From Lama guanicoe (Eukaryota), in contig MU053792.1 of assembly GCA_013239625.1 (NCBI GenBank), positions 1,360,203 through 1,418,158 on the forward strand: a DNA stretch of 57,956 nucleotides, written 5' to 3'. The notes under the pieces are model-generated. The model did no database searches. It worked only from the letters and a program-made list of their open reading frames with translations, and was not told the origin of the DNA. The translations under genes were made by a program, and so were the position numbers. Positions 48,146 through 57,956 of the stretch are shown here, piece after piece (position 1 is the stretch's first letter; each line of letters opens with the position of its first letter).

Positions 48146-51100
48146 GGGAGAGAGAGGTGTCTATGTTTTAGTACTTCAAGATACACTGGAAAATGATTTA
48201 TTTTAAACTCAGTGTTGTAGTTCCGAAGTACACATAGTTCTGGGCTGTGGGGCTGTGGGGCCGTGGGGCCGAATCATGCTGGGTTTAGCAGGGAGGTTCA
48301 CGAGCCCTGCTCTGTCCGGGTGCAGAGACACGGCTCCCTCAGCGCTGCCGGGCGCCTCTCAGGAGTTACTGTACGGTTACTGCTTACAGATTTCTTAGTC
48401 AGAATTAGAGAAAGAAGGCGCCTTGTGGAATTGCTAGGGATGTAATTGTTTCTGCTGGGAAAACATAAAGTAATGCTATGAGAGGTGTAAACATACTGTT
48501 TAAAATGACAGGAAGGGATGGGTTTTTGCATGGGGCTTAACAACAGACTTCCACAGCTTTTCAGCTATGGCTCTAGAAAGCAAAATGTTAAAAATGGCAT
48601 TGGGATTGACTTTAACATTCTCTTTATGTGCAAGGTTTTAACATTTTGGACTGTTCCTACTGTGAAGTTCCAGCTTACTCAGCAGTTTTTTTTCTAACTT
48701 GGCGGAAGTGTTGCTCTAAGTCTGTGATTTCAGTGGTGCTGGTTGTCAAAGCAAGTTTTTTCCAGTTCGTAACACTTGGGTTTATCGCCTCTCTTACCGC
48801 TGCATGAAGTACAGCCTTGTCCCGTGACATCGTTGTAGCGGTAACAGATGGACCCCGTATCTGTTTTGCTAATTTTTATCCTCAGATTTCACATTCTAGT
48901 TTATTTCTGGGATGTTTTGTCCTACATGTCAGAAACAATTTTACAGTTTTACTCAATGGTGTTAACTCTATTACTATAAAATACAAGAAGTTAAAATTAG
49001 CCTGAGCAGATACATCACTGTTAGATTTTCTTGCACATAGAATTTTTTTCTGAGAACTGAAAACTTAAAAATTGATTCCAGACAATATTATAACAGACAA
49101 AATTTCTCTGTTTTAAGATTTTTTTTATGTCAAGAGTTTTTAAGTATTGGTGTGCCTAACATGAAGCATGGCCATAGTTAATAAATGTCCTTCAAATCTA
49201 TTTTAAATAGGAAGACTAAATTTTACACTCATTGATTTTGGACTTTTGGTGTATTATTGACACTTTCTAACATTTTCTAATGATTTATTTAACTAATTTT
49301 TAAATTTCTCAAATGTCCATTCAGTTTAGCAGCCGTTTTTCTAAATGGGATTATAGCAGTGCACCAGAGCTAAAACGATTAACATTCTAAGATTTTAACG
49401 TTTTACATGACACAGCACTGCATCTCAGCAGAATCTGGTCACGTTCCTTTTAAAAGTAGGCTTCCAAGGCAGGGCACATCCACTCTGAATTTTAATTCTA
49501 ATCAAACTATCACAGTAGTTAAGTTCACTTCTCATAAGGCAGAGGCAGAGTTCAGTAACCTTGTTTCTGGTATCAGCTCTCTGCCCTATGGACTCCCTCC
49601 TGCCCTCATTTCATTTTGTCTGAATGGACAAATACAAATGAGGAGTTATCTTTTGAAAGACAATCACTCAACTTCTTCCAGTTCTTTTTCTTTCATTCAC
49701 TTTTTTCTCTGTACTTAATTTTTTAGCTCCTTGATCAACAAATACTTTATTTCTTTTCTCTGCAGCAAAATGTATGCATTTAATAGTTACAAACTGACAA
49801 GTGTCATTTCCTTCATACATTAACCTATTTACAACAGGATAATGAATCAAAGCAGTTAAATGACTTGATTTTATTACATTTCTGGAATTGTACTTATTTT
49901 TATAACATTTAAAATAAGAATGGTACCAAATTTTAACTGAAAAGTATCAATAATCTGAAAACATATTCACTTCGGAAATGAACGTGTGTGTATACGTGTT
50001 GGCAAGTGTATTTTTATCAAACTGATCTGAGGAAGAGAGGGCAGCATTATCTTTCAGCCTGTGACCTCAGTTTTGACCTCAATCCTGCAGTGTCCCCAGT
50101 GGGACCTTCTATTTCTATGGGACATAGTCTGCAAACTGCCAGTTAGGAGAGAATCCTCCTAATTAAAAATCATTAGAATTAAAACTTGCTGATACATTGT
50201 CTTCCTGTGTATAGTTTTCTCACCTTTCTGTGTTTTTGTTAAATGGATAAGTTTAAGTAAAACTGCAGGTGCCTTCTCCTTTGTTAATGTTGGACTTCAG
50301 ACCACTTCCACCATCTGGACATATGGGGGTCCTCACCTAGAAATAAACATAAAGGTCCCAGAAGTACCTGTTTACGAAAATAGCTTTGCAGAGGAAAAGA
50401 TAGTAATCTTACATTCAGCTCATGTGAAAGTGTGATCTACATTTTACATAGTGTTTATTAACGGTTACATGAATAACTTCACAGGACTGGCACTGTTGTC
50501 ATGTTGTTGGCAGCAGGCCTCCGTAGAATGTTCTGGTCAGACAGTGTTACGGAAAACAGGCTGTGAAAATACTGGCAAATGGTAGCCCCAAATTTTGTTT
50601 TGTACCTAAGGGAGAGAGAGGTGTCTATGTTTTAGTACTTCTAGATACACTGGAAAATGATTTATTTTAAACTCAGTGTTGTAGTTCCGAAGTACACATA
50701 GTTCTGGGCTGTGGGGCTGTGGGGCCGTGGGGCCGAATCATGCTGGGTTTAGCAGGGAGGTTCACGAGCCCTGCTCTGTCCGGGTGCAGAGACACGGCTC
50801 CCTCAGCGCTGCCGGGCGCCTCTCAGGAGTTACTGTACGGTTACTGCTTACAGATTTCTTAGTCAGAATTAGAGAAAGAAGGCGCCTTGTGGAATTGCTA
50901 GGGATGTAATTGTTTCTGCTGGGAAAACATAAAGTAATGCTATGAGAGGTGTAAACATACTGTTTAAAATGACAGGAAGGGATGGGTTTTTGCATGGGGC
51001 TTAACAAAACAACAGACTTCCACAGCTTTTCAGCTATGGCTCTAGAAAGCAAAATGTTAAAAATGGCATTGGGATTGACTTTAACATTCTCTTTATGTGC

Positions 51101-53127
51101 AAGGTTTTAACATTTTGGACTGTTCCTACTGTGAAGTTCCAGCTTACTCAGCAGTTTTTTTTCTAACTTGGCGGAAGTGTTGCTCTAAGTCTGTGATTTC
51201 AGTGGTGCTGGTTGTCAAAGCAAGTTTTTTCCAGTTCGTAACACTTGGGTTTATCGCCTCTCTTACCGCTGCATGAAGTACAGCCTTGTCCCGTGACATC
51301 GTTGTAGCGGTAACAGATGGACCCCGTATCTGTTTTGCTAATTTTTATCCTCAGATTTCACATTCTAGTTTATTTCTGGGATGTTTTGTCCTACATGTCA
51401 GAAACAATTTTACAGTTTTACTCAATGGTGTTAACTCTATTACTATAAAATACAAGAAGTTAAAATTAGCCTGAGCAGATACATCACTGTTAGATTTTCT
51501 TGCACATAGAATTTTTTTCTGAGAACTGAAAACTTAAAAATGGATTCCAGACAATATTATAACAGACAAAATTTCTCTGTTTTAAACATTTTTTTATGTT
51601 CAAGAGTTTTTAAGTATTGGTGTGCCTAACATGAAGCATGGCCATAGTTAATAAATGTCCTTCAAATCTATTTTAAATAGGAAGACTAAATTTTACACTC
51701 ATTGATTTTGGACTTTTGGTGTATTATTGACACTTTCTAACATTTTCTAATGATTTATTTAACTAATTTTTAAATTTCTCAAATGTCCATTCAGTTTAGC
51801 AGCCGTTTTTCTAAATGGGATTATAGCAGTGCACCAGAGCTAAAACGATTAACATTCTAAGATTTTAACGTTTTACATGACACAGCACTGCATCTCAGCA
51901 GAATCTGGTCACGTTCCTTTTAAAAGTAGGCTTCCAAGGCAGGGCACATCCACTCTGAATTTTAATTCTAATCAAACTATCACAGTAGTTAAGTTCACTT
52001 CTCATAAGGCAGAGGCAGAGTTCAGTAACCTTGTTTCTGGTATCAGCTCTCTGCCCTATGGACTCCCTCCTGGCCTCATTTCATTTTGTCTGAATGGACA
52101 AATGAGGAAGCGTGTTATCTTTTGAAAGACAATCACTCAACTTCTTCCAGTTCTTTTTCTTTCATTCACTTTTTTCTCTGTACTTAATTTTTTAGCTCCT
52201 TGATCAACAAATACTTTATTTCTTTTCTCTGCAGCAAAATGTATGCATTTAATAGTTACAAACTGACAAGTGTCATTTCCTTCATACATTAACCTATTTA
52301 CAACAGGATAATGAATTGAAGCAGTTAAATGACTTGATTTTATTACATTTCTGGAATTGTACTTATTTTTATAACATTTAAAATAAGAATGGTACCAAAT
52401 TTTAACTGAAAAGTATCAATAATCTGAAAACATATTCACTTCGGAAATGAACGTGTGTGTATACGTGTTGGCAAGTGTATTTTTATCAAACTGATCTGAG
52501 GAAGAGAGGGCAGCATTATCTTTCAGCCTGTGACCTCAGTTTTGACCTCAATCCTGCAGTGTCCCCAGTGGGACCTTCTATTTCTATGGGACATAGTCTG
52601 CAAACTGCCAGTTAGGAGAGAATCCTCCTAATTAAAAATCATTAGAATTAAAACTTGCTGATACATTGTCTTCCTGTGTATAGTTTTCTCACCTTTCTGT
52701 GTTTTTGTTAAATGGATAAGTTTAAGTAAAACTGCAGGTGCCTTCTCCTTTGTTAATGTTGGACTTCAGACCACTTCCACCATCTGGACATATGGGGGTC
52801 CTCACCTAGAAATAAACATAAAGGTCCCAGAAGTACCTGTTTAGGAAAGTAGCTTTGCAGAGGAAAAGATAGTACTCGTACATTCAGCTCACGTGAAAGT
52901 GTGATCTACATTTTGCATAGTGTTTATTAACGGTTACATGAATTTATTTCAGTAAAGTCTTCTCCCTTCATCTGTTAGGCGTTTTTCACTTCACAGGACC
53001 CACCTGGCACTGTTGTCATGTTGTTGGCAGCAGGCCTCCGTAGAATGTTCTGGTCAGACAGTGTTACGGAAAACAGGCTGTGAAAATACTGGCAAATGGT
53101 AGCCCCAAATTTTGTCTTTGCACCTAA
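48146..53127 (+). repeat. Head-to-tail tandem duplication of ~2.46-2.52 kb (48146-50609 and 50610-53127)
   Basis: Identical ORF-track peptides at offset 2464-2470; junction tgtacctaa|gggagagagagg. Confidence 0.97.
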
Positions 53128-54103
53128 CATTTACAAAGGCCTCAGCTTTCGTGTCGCTGTTATTACCACAGTGTTTATTATGTCTGGTGTACTAGTTTAG
53201 ACCCTGTTTAGTGAGCAGGTGACTTTTATAAGAAAAATTTTTAAAAGAACACTCTAGGTGGGGACATTTGTAGTTTGAAATGTCCCCACACATTTCATAA
53301 TTAAATATGTAACTAATTAAGTCAAGTTTCAAAAAGTTGGCCCTAATTTCTAGAATGGAAACAAAGTTACATTTAAAGAATTACGTATTGTTTTCCTTAT
53401 TCCTAACTCTGGGAAGTTGTGAATCAGAAACCAACTTTTGAAACTGGCGCTAGCCCTCTTCTTTTCTTTTCTTGAAGCAGATTTTCTGATACAAATATTT
53501 TAGTCATCTACAGAGAGCAAAATACATTTGCTTAACTTGTTTGCCAGTAGAATTTTCACTTGATATTATAGCAGAACCCTTTTCTTCATTTTATGCATCT
53601 ACGATTCTGTGCTAAAAACATGAGCAAGAACAGACCTTAAAATTTTAGTTTTCTAAAAGTGCAGGAATGGAAAGCTCATTTTAAGGAAAAATCCGTTAAT
53701 GTTAAAAAAAACTTAACTTTTATAAAAGGCAGTTTTTCTGAGAACTGCAGAGCAATGCATTCAGTGTAGAACGTGACTTGAATTGTTTAAACTCTTTGTG
53801 CTAAGATTGGGCATCGCCCTCTGAGATTATGTGCATCTGCTAGGGCAGGGCTCACTGTGCTTTCCGTCAGGGGAATCGAAGTAGCCTTACATACATATGT
53901 TCTCTATTATCTAAAATCAAAGTAAGTAGGAATTTATTTGATTTTATTCCTGTGATTATTTTTTCTATTTAAGCAATCCCCAAGTTAGGTCAAGTCTCTA
54001 AAAGTATTTATTTAAAGGCCACACTTCATAAGCTAGCTGTCATTCCTATGATAGTGTTTCTTGTTTAACTTACACATTAAAAATAATATTTGACTTATTT
54101 CAG

Positions 54104-54149
54104 ATGCTGAAGAAGTTGGAGAAGAATACAGATAGAGAATTAAAAGAAG
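54104..54149 (+). CDS. ANKRD26-like: ANKRD26-like penultimate 46-nt exon (ancestral frame MLKKLEKNTDRELKE; shifted frame DAEEVGEEYR*, stop 54133-54135)
   Basis: tttcag| ... |gtatgt; resembles MQQELEKNITRELKE. Confidence 0.88.
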
Positions 54150-54899
54150 GTATGTTGCCAATATTTCTGAATTAAATTAAGGCATTGATTTCTGAAATAC
54201 ACTGTAAACAGTAAATGGCACCTCTTTCTATTGTTTGAATAACAGATACTATGTTAAATGTTTTTCTTACACATATCTAATGAAAAATGTGAAAGCATAA
54301 TTTCATTCATAATGATAAGTGTACTTGTTCCTCATTTATTCATCATGAGCCATAGCTTTAAAAAAAATCTCAGGAAGTCTGTGTTCTCTATTTCTGGCTG
54401 TGCCCTTCCTCTTCTGCTGTCCCCGTGGGCCTGTCATCTGCACACGGACCTGTTCTCAGAAAGCATGGAGGTCATCAGCTTCTCGAGTTTGGTAGTGACT
54501 GAAGGCCAAAAACCCAGACTCAAGCAATCACAGTTCATGTACCTGTCTCCTGGTGGATGACAGTTTCCTGTCATTCACTTTGTCAGGGGTTAACCTTTTG
54601 CCCTCAGGAAAAATTCCAAATTCCTTAGCTTGGAAGAAAAACACCCACATCGATTTGGCTCTTGCCAAAAGTCTTTATCCGTATCTCTTTACTCCCCTGC
54701 TCTGCCCTTTTGCTCCAGCGACTGGTCAGACTGTGTCCAGCTCCGCGGGCGCCCTTGCTGCCTCTGCTCTTTGTGTTTGCTTCTTGCCTCTCCCTCCCAC
54801 ACTTTCTCCTCCTCCTTCAGGTATCTGCTTACACATCACAGCCACCAAAGAGGGGACAGTATTGACACAAAGCTGGACGTCCCTTTTGAGTTTTCCAAC

Positions 54900-55080
54900 T
54901 GTGCCCTCTTCTATACCTGTCATGGCGTTTATGTCTCTGTACCGAAATTGCCTGTTCATCTATTTTTCCAGTTTACGGTACATGATTTTTCAGGGTGGAC
55001 TCTGTCATCTTCATCTTGTGATTCCAGTGCTTGTCACAGTGCCTTAGTACATGGTTGCTGAGTAAATGAATGAAGAATGA
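54900..55080 (+). mobile_element. L2 3' end
   Basis: ccagtgcttgtcacagtgcctt.gtacatggttgctgagtaaatgaatgaa, L2 terminus. Confidence 0.6.
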
Positions 55081-55309
55081 GAAAGCCAGGGGCTCTGATC
55101 CTTAGCCACAAAAGCAGTTAATTCAACGTGCAGCCCTGGGCAAAATGTAGAATAGTAATCTTGTATTTTGTGTTGTAATCGTATGTAGGTATTTTTCATT
55201 CTTGTTAAAACTTAGAAGAGTCTCAGCTTTTCTTAAAAAATAAACTGACATTTAGTTACCTATGAAAGTATTTTAAGTAAAGAATCTAATTCTTTCATTT
55301 CCTTTCCAG

Positions 55310-55435
55310 CTACTACTGAACTTGAATCTAAGTCCTACAGACTCTCTAGTAGCCTTAATGGACGAGTCAAGTCCAAGTCCAGATCTGGTTTCGAAAGCAC
55401 GTGAAGAATATGTGGAGATTTTGAAGAATAAGTAG
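55310..55435 (+). pseudogene. ANKRD26-like: ANKRD26-like last exon, coding homology broken by a frameshift
   Basis: ttccag| TTELESKSYRLS in one frame (TGA 55402-55404). DESSPSPDLVSKAREEYVEILKNK* in another frame resembles DESNLNQDLVWKASREYVQVLKKNYMI. Confidence 0.82.
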
Positions 55436-55632
55436 AATGATCTGCAAGATAAATAGTAAACGTTTACCTGCTGGGCTGTTTGCCTAACATTTCATTTACT
55501 TCCCGTTATGTAAGATACTGACACTGTTTATTAAGCGAAAATACTCTTGCATTCTCTGTGCATGATTAAAATTGATGTAGTATTTTAAACCACGTTTCTC
55601 TGCATCTCATTGACTTTTAAGCAGATTTTGGG

Positions 55633-55638
55633 AATAAA
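55633..55638 (+). terminator. Candidate polyadenylation signal AATAAA (ATTAAA also at 55565-55570)
   Basis: Hexamer about 200 nt after the homologous stop of the last exon; positional evidence only. Confidence 0.45.
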
Positions 55639-55779
55639 ACCCAGCACTTTGGAGTATTATATACTCAAACTGAGCCTGGATGCCAGCTGTTTAAACAGCA
55701 CCCAGCCAACCACCAAACTTGTCATTGACATTGAGCCGTGTTGATAGCTTTTTTGAATTTTCCATCGTTAATCACTGTC

Positions 55780-56348
55780 TGTAGACCTAAAGATTTAGAC
55801 AGACAGCGTTTGGATCTGCTTTGGCTGTTTCAGTGTTCTGATGGATCACAACAATCGTTACAGTGCCATCACGCTTTCTATATGTTACCTTAAACACTGA
55901 TTTCACAGATGTTTCCTCATGGAGAAACGAAATCTGCCTCAGGCTTTTCATCTTATTTATTTACTTTTTGGAAACAGTCTTAAAATTAGAGACAAGTTCC
56001 GAGCACCAGACTCAAACGGACATTGTCACAAACCTGCCATTTCTCCCATACATTCTCCTAAGGCGTTCTCTATTTTCCCTAAATGTCAGTTGTTCTACCA
56101 TAAGTGCCCTTTCTCTCCCCTCTCACCAAGAAGTCATTTGTTTTTCAGAAAATGCCTTTCTCCTTTTCCTGTCACTTATTAAATTGCATATAAGCCCCCA
56201 CTTCTAGCCACCCCTTCAAATCCCATTGCTTTGTGAACTCCTGCATGTATTCATACGTAATTTTTTTCTCACAGTAAAGTTTTAGTTAATTTGCAGGTTC
56301 CCAATCACTGAATGTAAGATGGTAAAGGAAATACTCTCCTTCTCAACA
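55780..56348 (+). mobile_element. Solo ERV1-like LTR
   Basis: TG...CA ends; TATA-like gcatataagcc; ending ttaatttgcagg...ctgaatgtaagatggtaaaggaaa...ctccttctcaaca resembles ERV1 LTR U5. Confidence 0.55.
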
Positions 56349-56779
56349 ATTTCCAGGAGCTAAATTTTTAATAACTCCTTAGGTCCTTTATTCCCTTTTC
56401 TGTCTTTTCAGTGTGCTTACTTGGCAAAGCTCCCAGCTGCACAACAGACTGATTCTCACTCTTCCCCCTTACATCCCCCCAGGCATCTAAGTGCTGCTGA
56501 AGAAAGTCACGCACTGCCCAGCGATCCTGCTACTTTTATTTAGTTAACTTGCACCTTCTTCCTTCTCAGTGATGATTTCAAATTTCCCTCTCTGTAAACA
56601 TCTCCCTCTGTTTCTTCCCTCTCACGTGAACCAGACAGTCTTACTTCTGACGACAAACTTCCTGAAGGATTTGCCTGCTTCTCCACCAGCAGTCTGTCCC
56701 CACCCACTCTGGTGTGTCTTCCCTTCCTCCGTTCCCACGCAGCGAGTCTCTGATGACTCCCACGTCTAAACCAAAGTGA

Positions 56780-57085
56780 CACCTTTCCAGCCCTTGTCTA
56801 ACTGAACTTCTCATTCCTCCAGGCATTCCATGTAACTGACCTCTATAACTGACTGCTGCCTGCAGCTTCCTCTTTAGTCTTTAGCTGAAGAGGATGTTGA
56901 AGGTGAGGGCTGCAGCCTTCTTGGTGAGTTCACTCAGTTTACCCTGGCTGTCTCCCATCGGTATACACAGGAAATATATGTTATTCAATTTTTGTTTTAT
57001 TTTTCTCCTGTTAGTCTGCCTCATGTCAGGTTAATTCTTAGACCAGCCAGATGAGCCTAGAAGAGTGGAGGACTGCTCCCCGCCC
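56780..57085 (+). mobile_element. Partial ERV1-like LTR
   Basis: ttttctcctgttagtctgcctcatgtc..gttaattcttagaccagccag..gagcctagaagagtggagga is a typical LTR 3' part; 5' boundary uncertain. Confidence 0.5.
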
Positions 57086-57276
57086 CCACCCCAGCTCAAG
57101 CCTGAGCACAGGTAGCTGTGCTCATTCACAGGGGGCGTGGGCGCTGCCGCGCCTGCAGGGAAGAGATCGATGGCGAACGCCGCTCTTCCTCCAGCACTAG
57201 CCAGTGAGCTGAAGCTCACCTGAATGTCCTCCAGGCTGAGCTGGGGTCACCGCTCCCGGCAGCAGAAGACTGCCTT

Positions 57277-57620
57277 TGTGAAAGAAAAACAAGAATGGAG
57301 TCTGCATTGCTCGAGAGGGCTCACGGAGGAGGTGTGACTTACGCACATCTCAGCCCACAGAGAATCCGGCCCCATGAGCATTTATTGCCCTAATGAAGTC
57401 ATCCGGAACGCCTGCCAGAAACTTCAGCTACTGACCAAGCCCCCACCCTGAAATAAGCTGTGATTCCTTACGGACACAGGTTTCCTGTGACACTGACGTG
57501 CCAGTCACAATTCTCATCAGGCAACTTTTGACAGCCTCTTCGTTTTTTGTCTTTATAAGCCCCTGACTCCTGTCCTTGAAACACTCAGTTTTACCCAAAT
57601 CTGTGTCTCCCAAGTCGCAA
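57277..57620 (+). mobile_element. Partial ERV-like LTR, followed by a short antisense L1 3' fragment (~57621-57690)
   Basis: tgtgaaagaaaaacaagaatggagtct start, ctttataagcccc TATA, aaatctgtgtctccc..gtcgcaatt; then ccagtttattgagagataattgaca...gtttaaggcatacagca. Confidence 0.45.
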
Positions 57621-57956
57621 TTTATTTCTTCCAGTTTATTGAGAGATAATTGACATCAGCACTGTATTTTAAGTTTAAGGCATACAGCACCAATTTCACA
57701 CCGCCCTTGGCTGAGACCCCCCAGCTAACACAGGTGAGGCAGAGCAGCGCACAGGCCAGGGGCAGGGGCTCAGGGCGGGAATGGCAGAAAATCTGAACTT
57801 GCAGGGGCGGGCCCAGGGTCAAGCTGGCTGAAGCCAGGATCCCTGCCCCCGACCAGGTCCTGGGGGATCTGGCAGGTAGGGGAGGGGGTCTCGGGAAGCT
57901 CTGTGCACCAAAGTTGGGTTTACCACCCTGACTCTCCCTTTAGCCTTCTCTGTGCC

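Larger units (their letters stand above)
1947..55638 (+). other. ANKRD26-like: Gene span: ANKRD26-like paralogue, 5'-partial; protein-coding or young transcribed pseudogene
   Basis: About 30 collinear AG/GT-bounded exons whose translations and sizes (107, 61, 130, 62, 94, 29, 73, 34, 142, 184, 138, 153, 46 nt) match ANKRD26 exons as I recall them. Phases are compatible along the chain. Confidence 0.93.

Noticed and set aside
48263..52125. Pairs of identical small ORFs suggesting a duplicated gene
   Set aside because: Explained by the intronic tandem duplication; short peptides, mostly non-ATG starts, no motifs
54258..55061. Overlapping ORFs of 100-164 aa
   Set aside because: Pyrimidine-rich intronic and L2 sequence giving Leu/Ser/Pro-biased peptides, with no motif or compatible splice structure
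1..57956. CRISPR array, operon or prokaryotic defence system
   Set aside because: The sequence is intron-rich mammalian DNA; I saw no regularly spaced repeat-spacer structure and no long unspliced ORFs

Overview
This is mammalian genomic DNA, very probably from a camelid (it carries Vic-1-type tRNA-derived SINEs), with three assembly gaps. Almost the whole window is one + strand, multi-exon ANKRD26-family gene (ankyrin repeats, then a low-complexity linker, then CCDC144C-type coiled coil and C-terminal region). Its first exons lie upstream of the window. I located about 30 exons by hand from AG/GT boundaries, phase matching and recalled similarity to human ANKRD26/POTE/CCDC144. The copy is a strongly diverged, remodelled paralogue. 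It has a lost splice donor with an in-frame replacement, a ~1.1 kb phase-0 exon broken by three frameshifts but skippable, and loss of the 5' part of the big coiled-coil exon. Four coiled-coil exons are apparently missing, one exon has a 75-nt internal duplication, and a late +1 frameshift turns the last exon into UTR. A stop-free spliced ORF of about 1320 codons can still be assembled (1947-54135). Introns hold L1, L2, MIR, hAT-type DNA transposons, a MaLR LTR-int-LTR element, a 2.46 kb tandem duplication and an L1 fragment with a 101-bp flanking duplication. ERV-like LTRs cluster downstream of the gene. I see no prokaryotic-style system, RNA gene or CRISPR array. All comparisons to human genes and all repeat family names are from memory, not from database searches.
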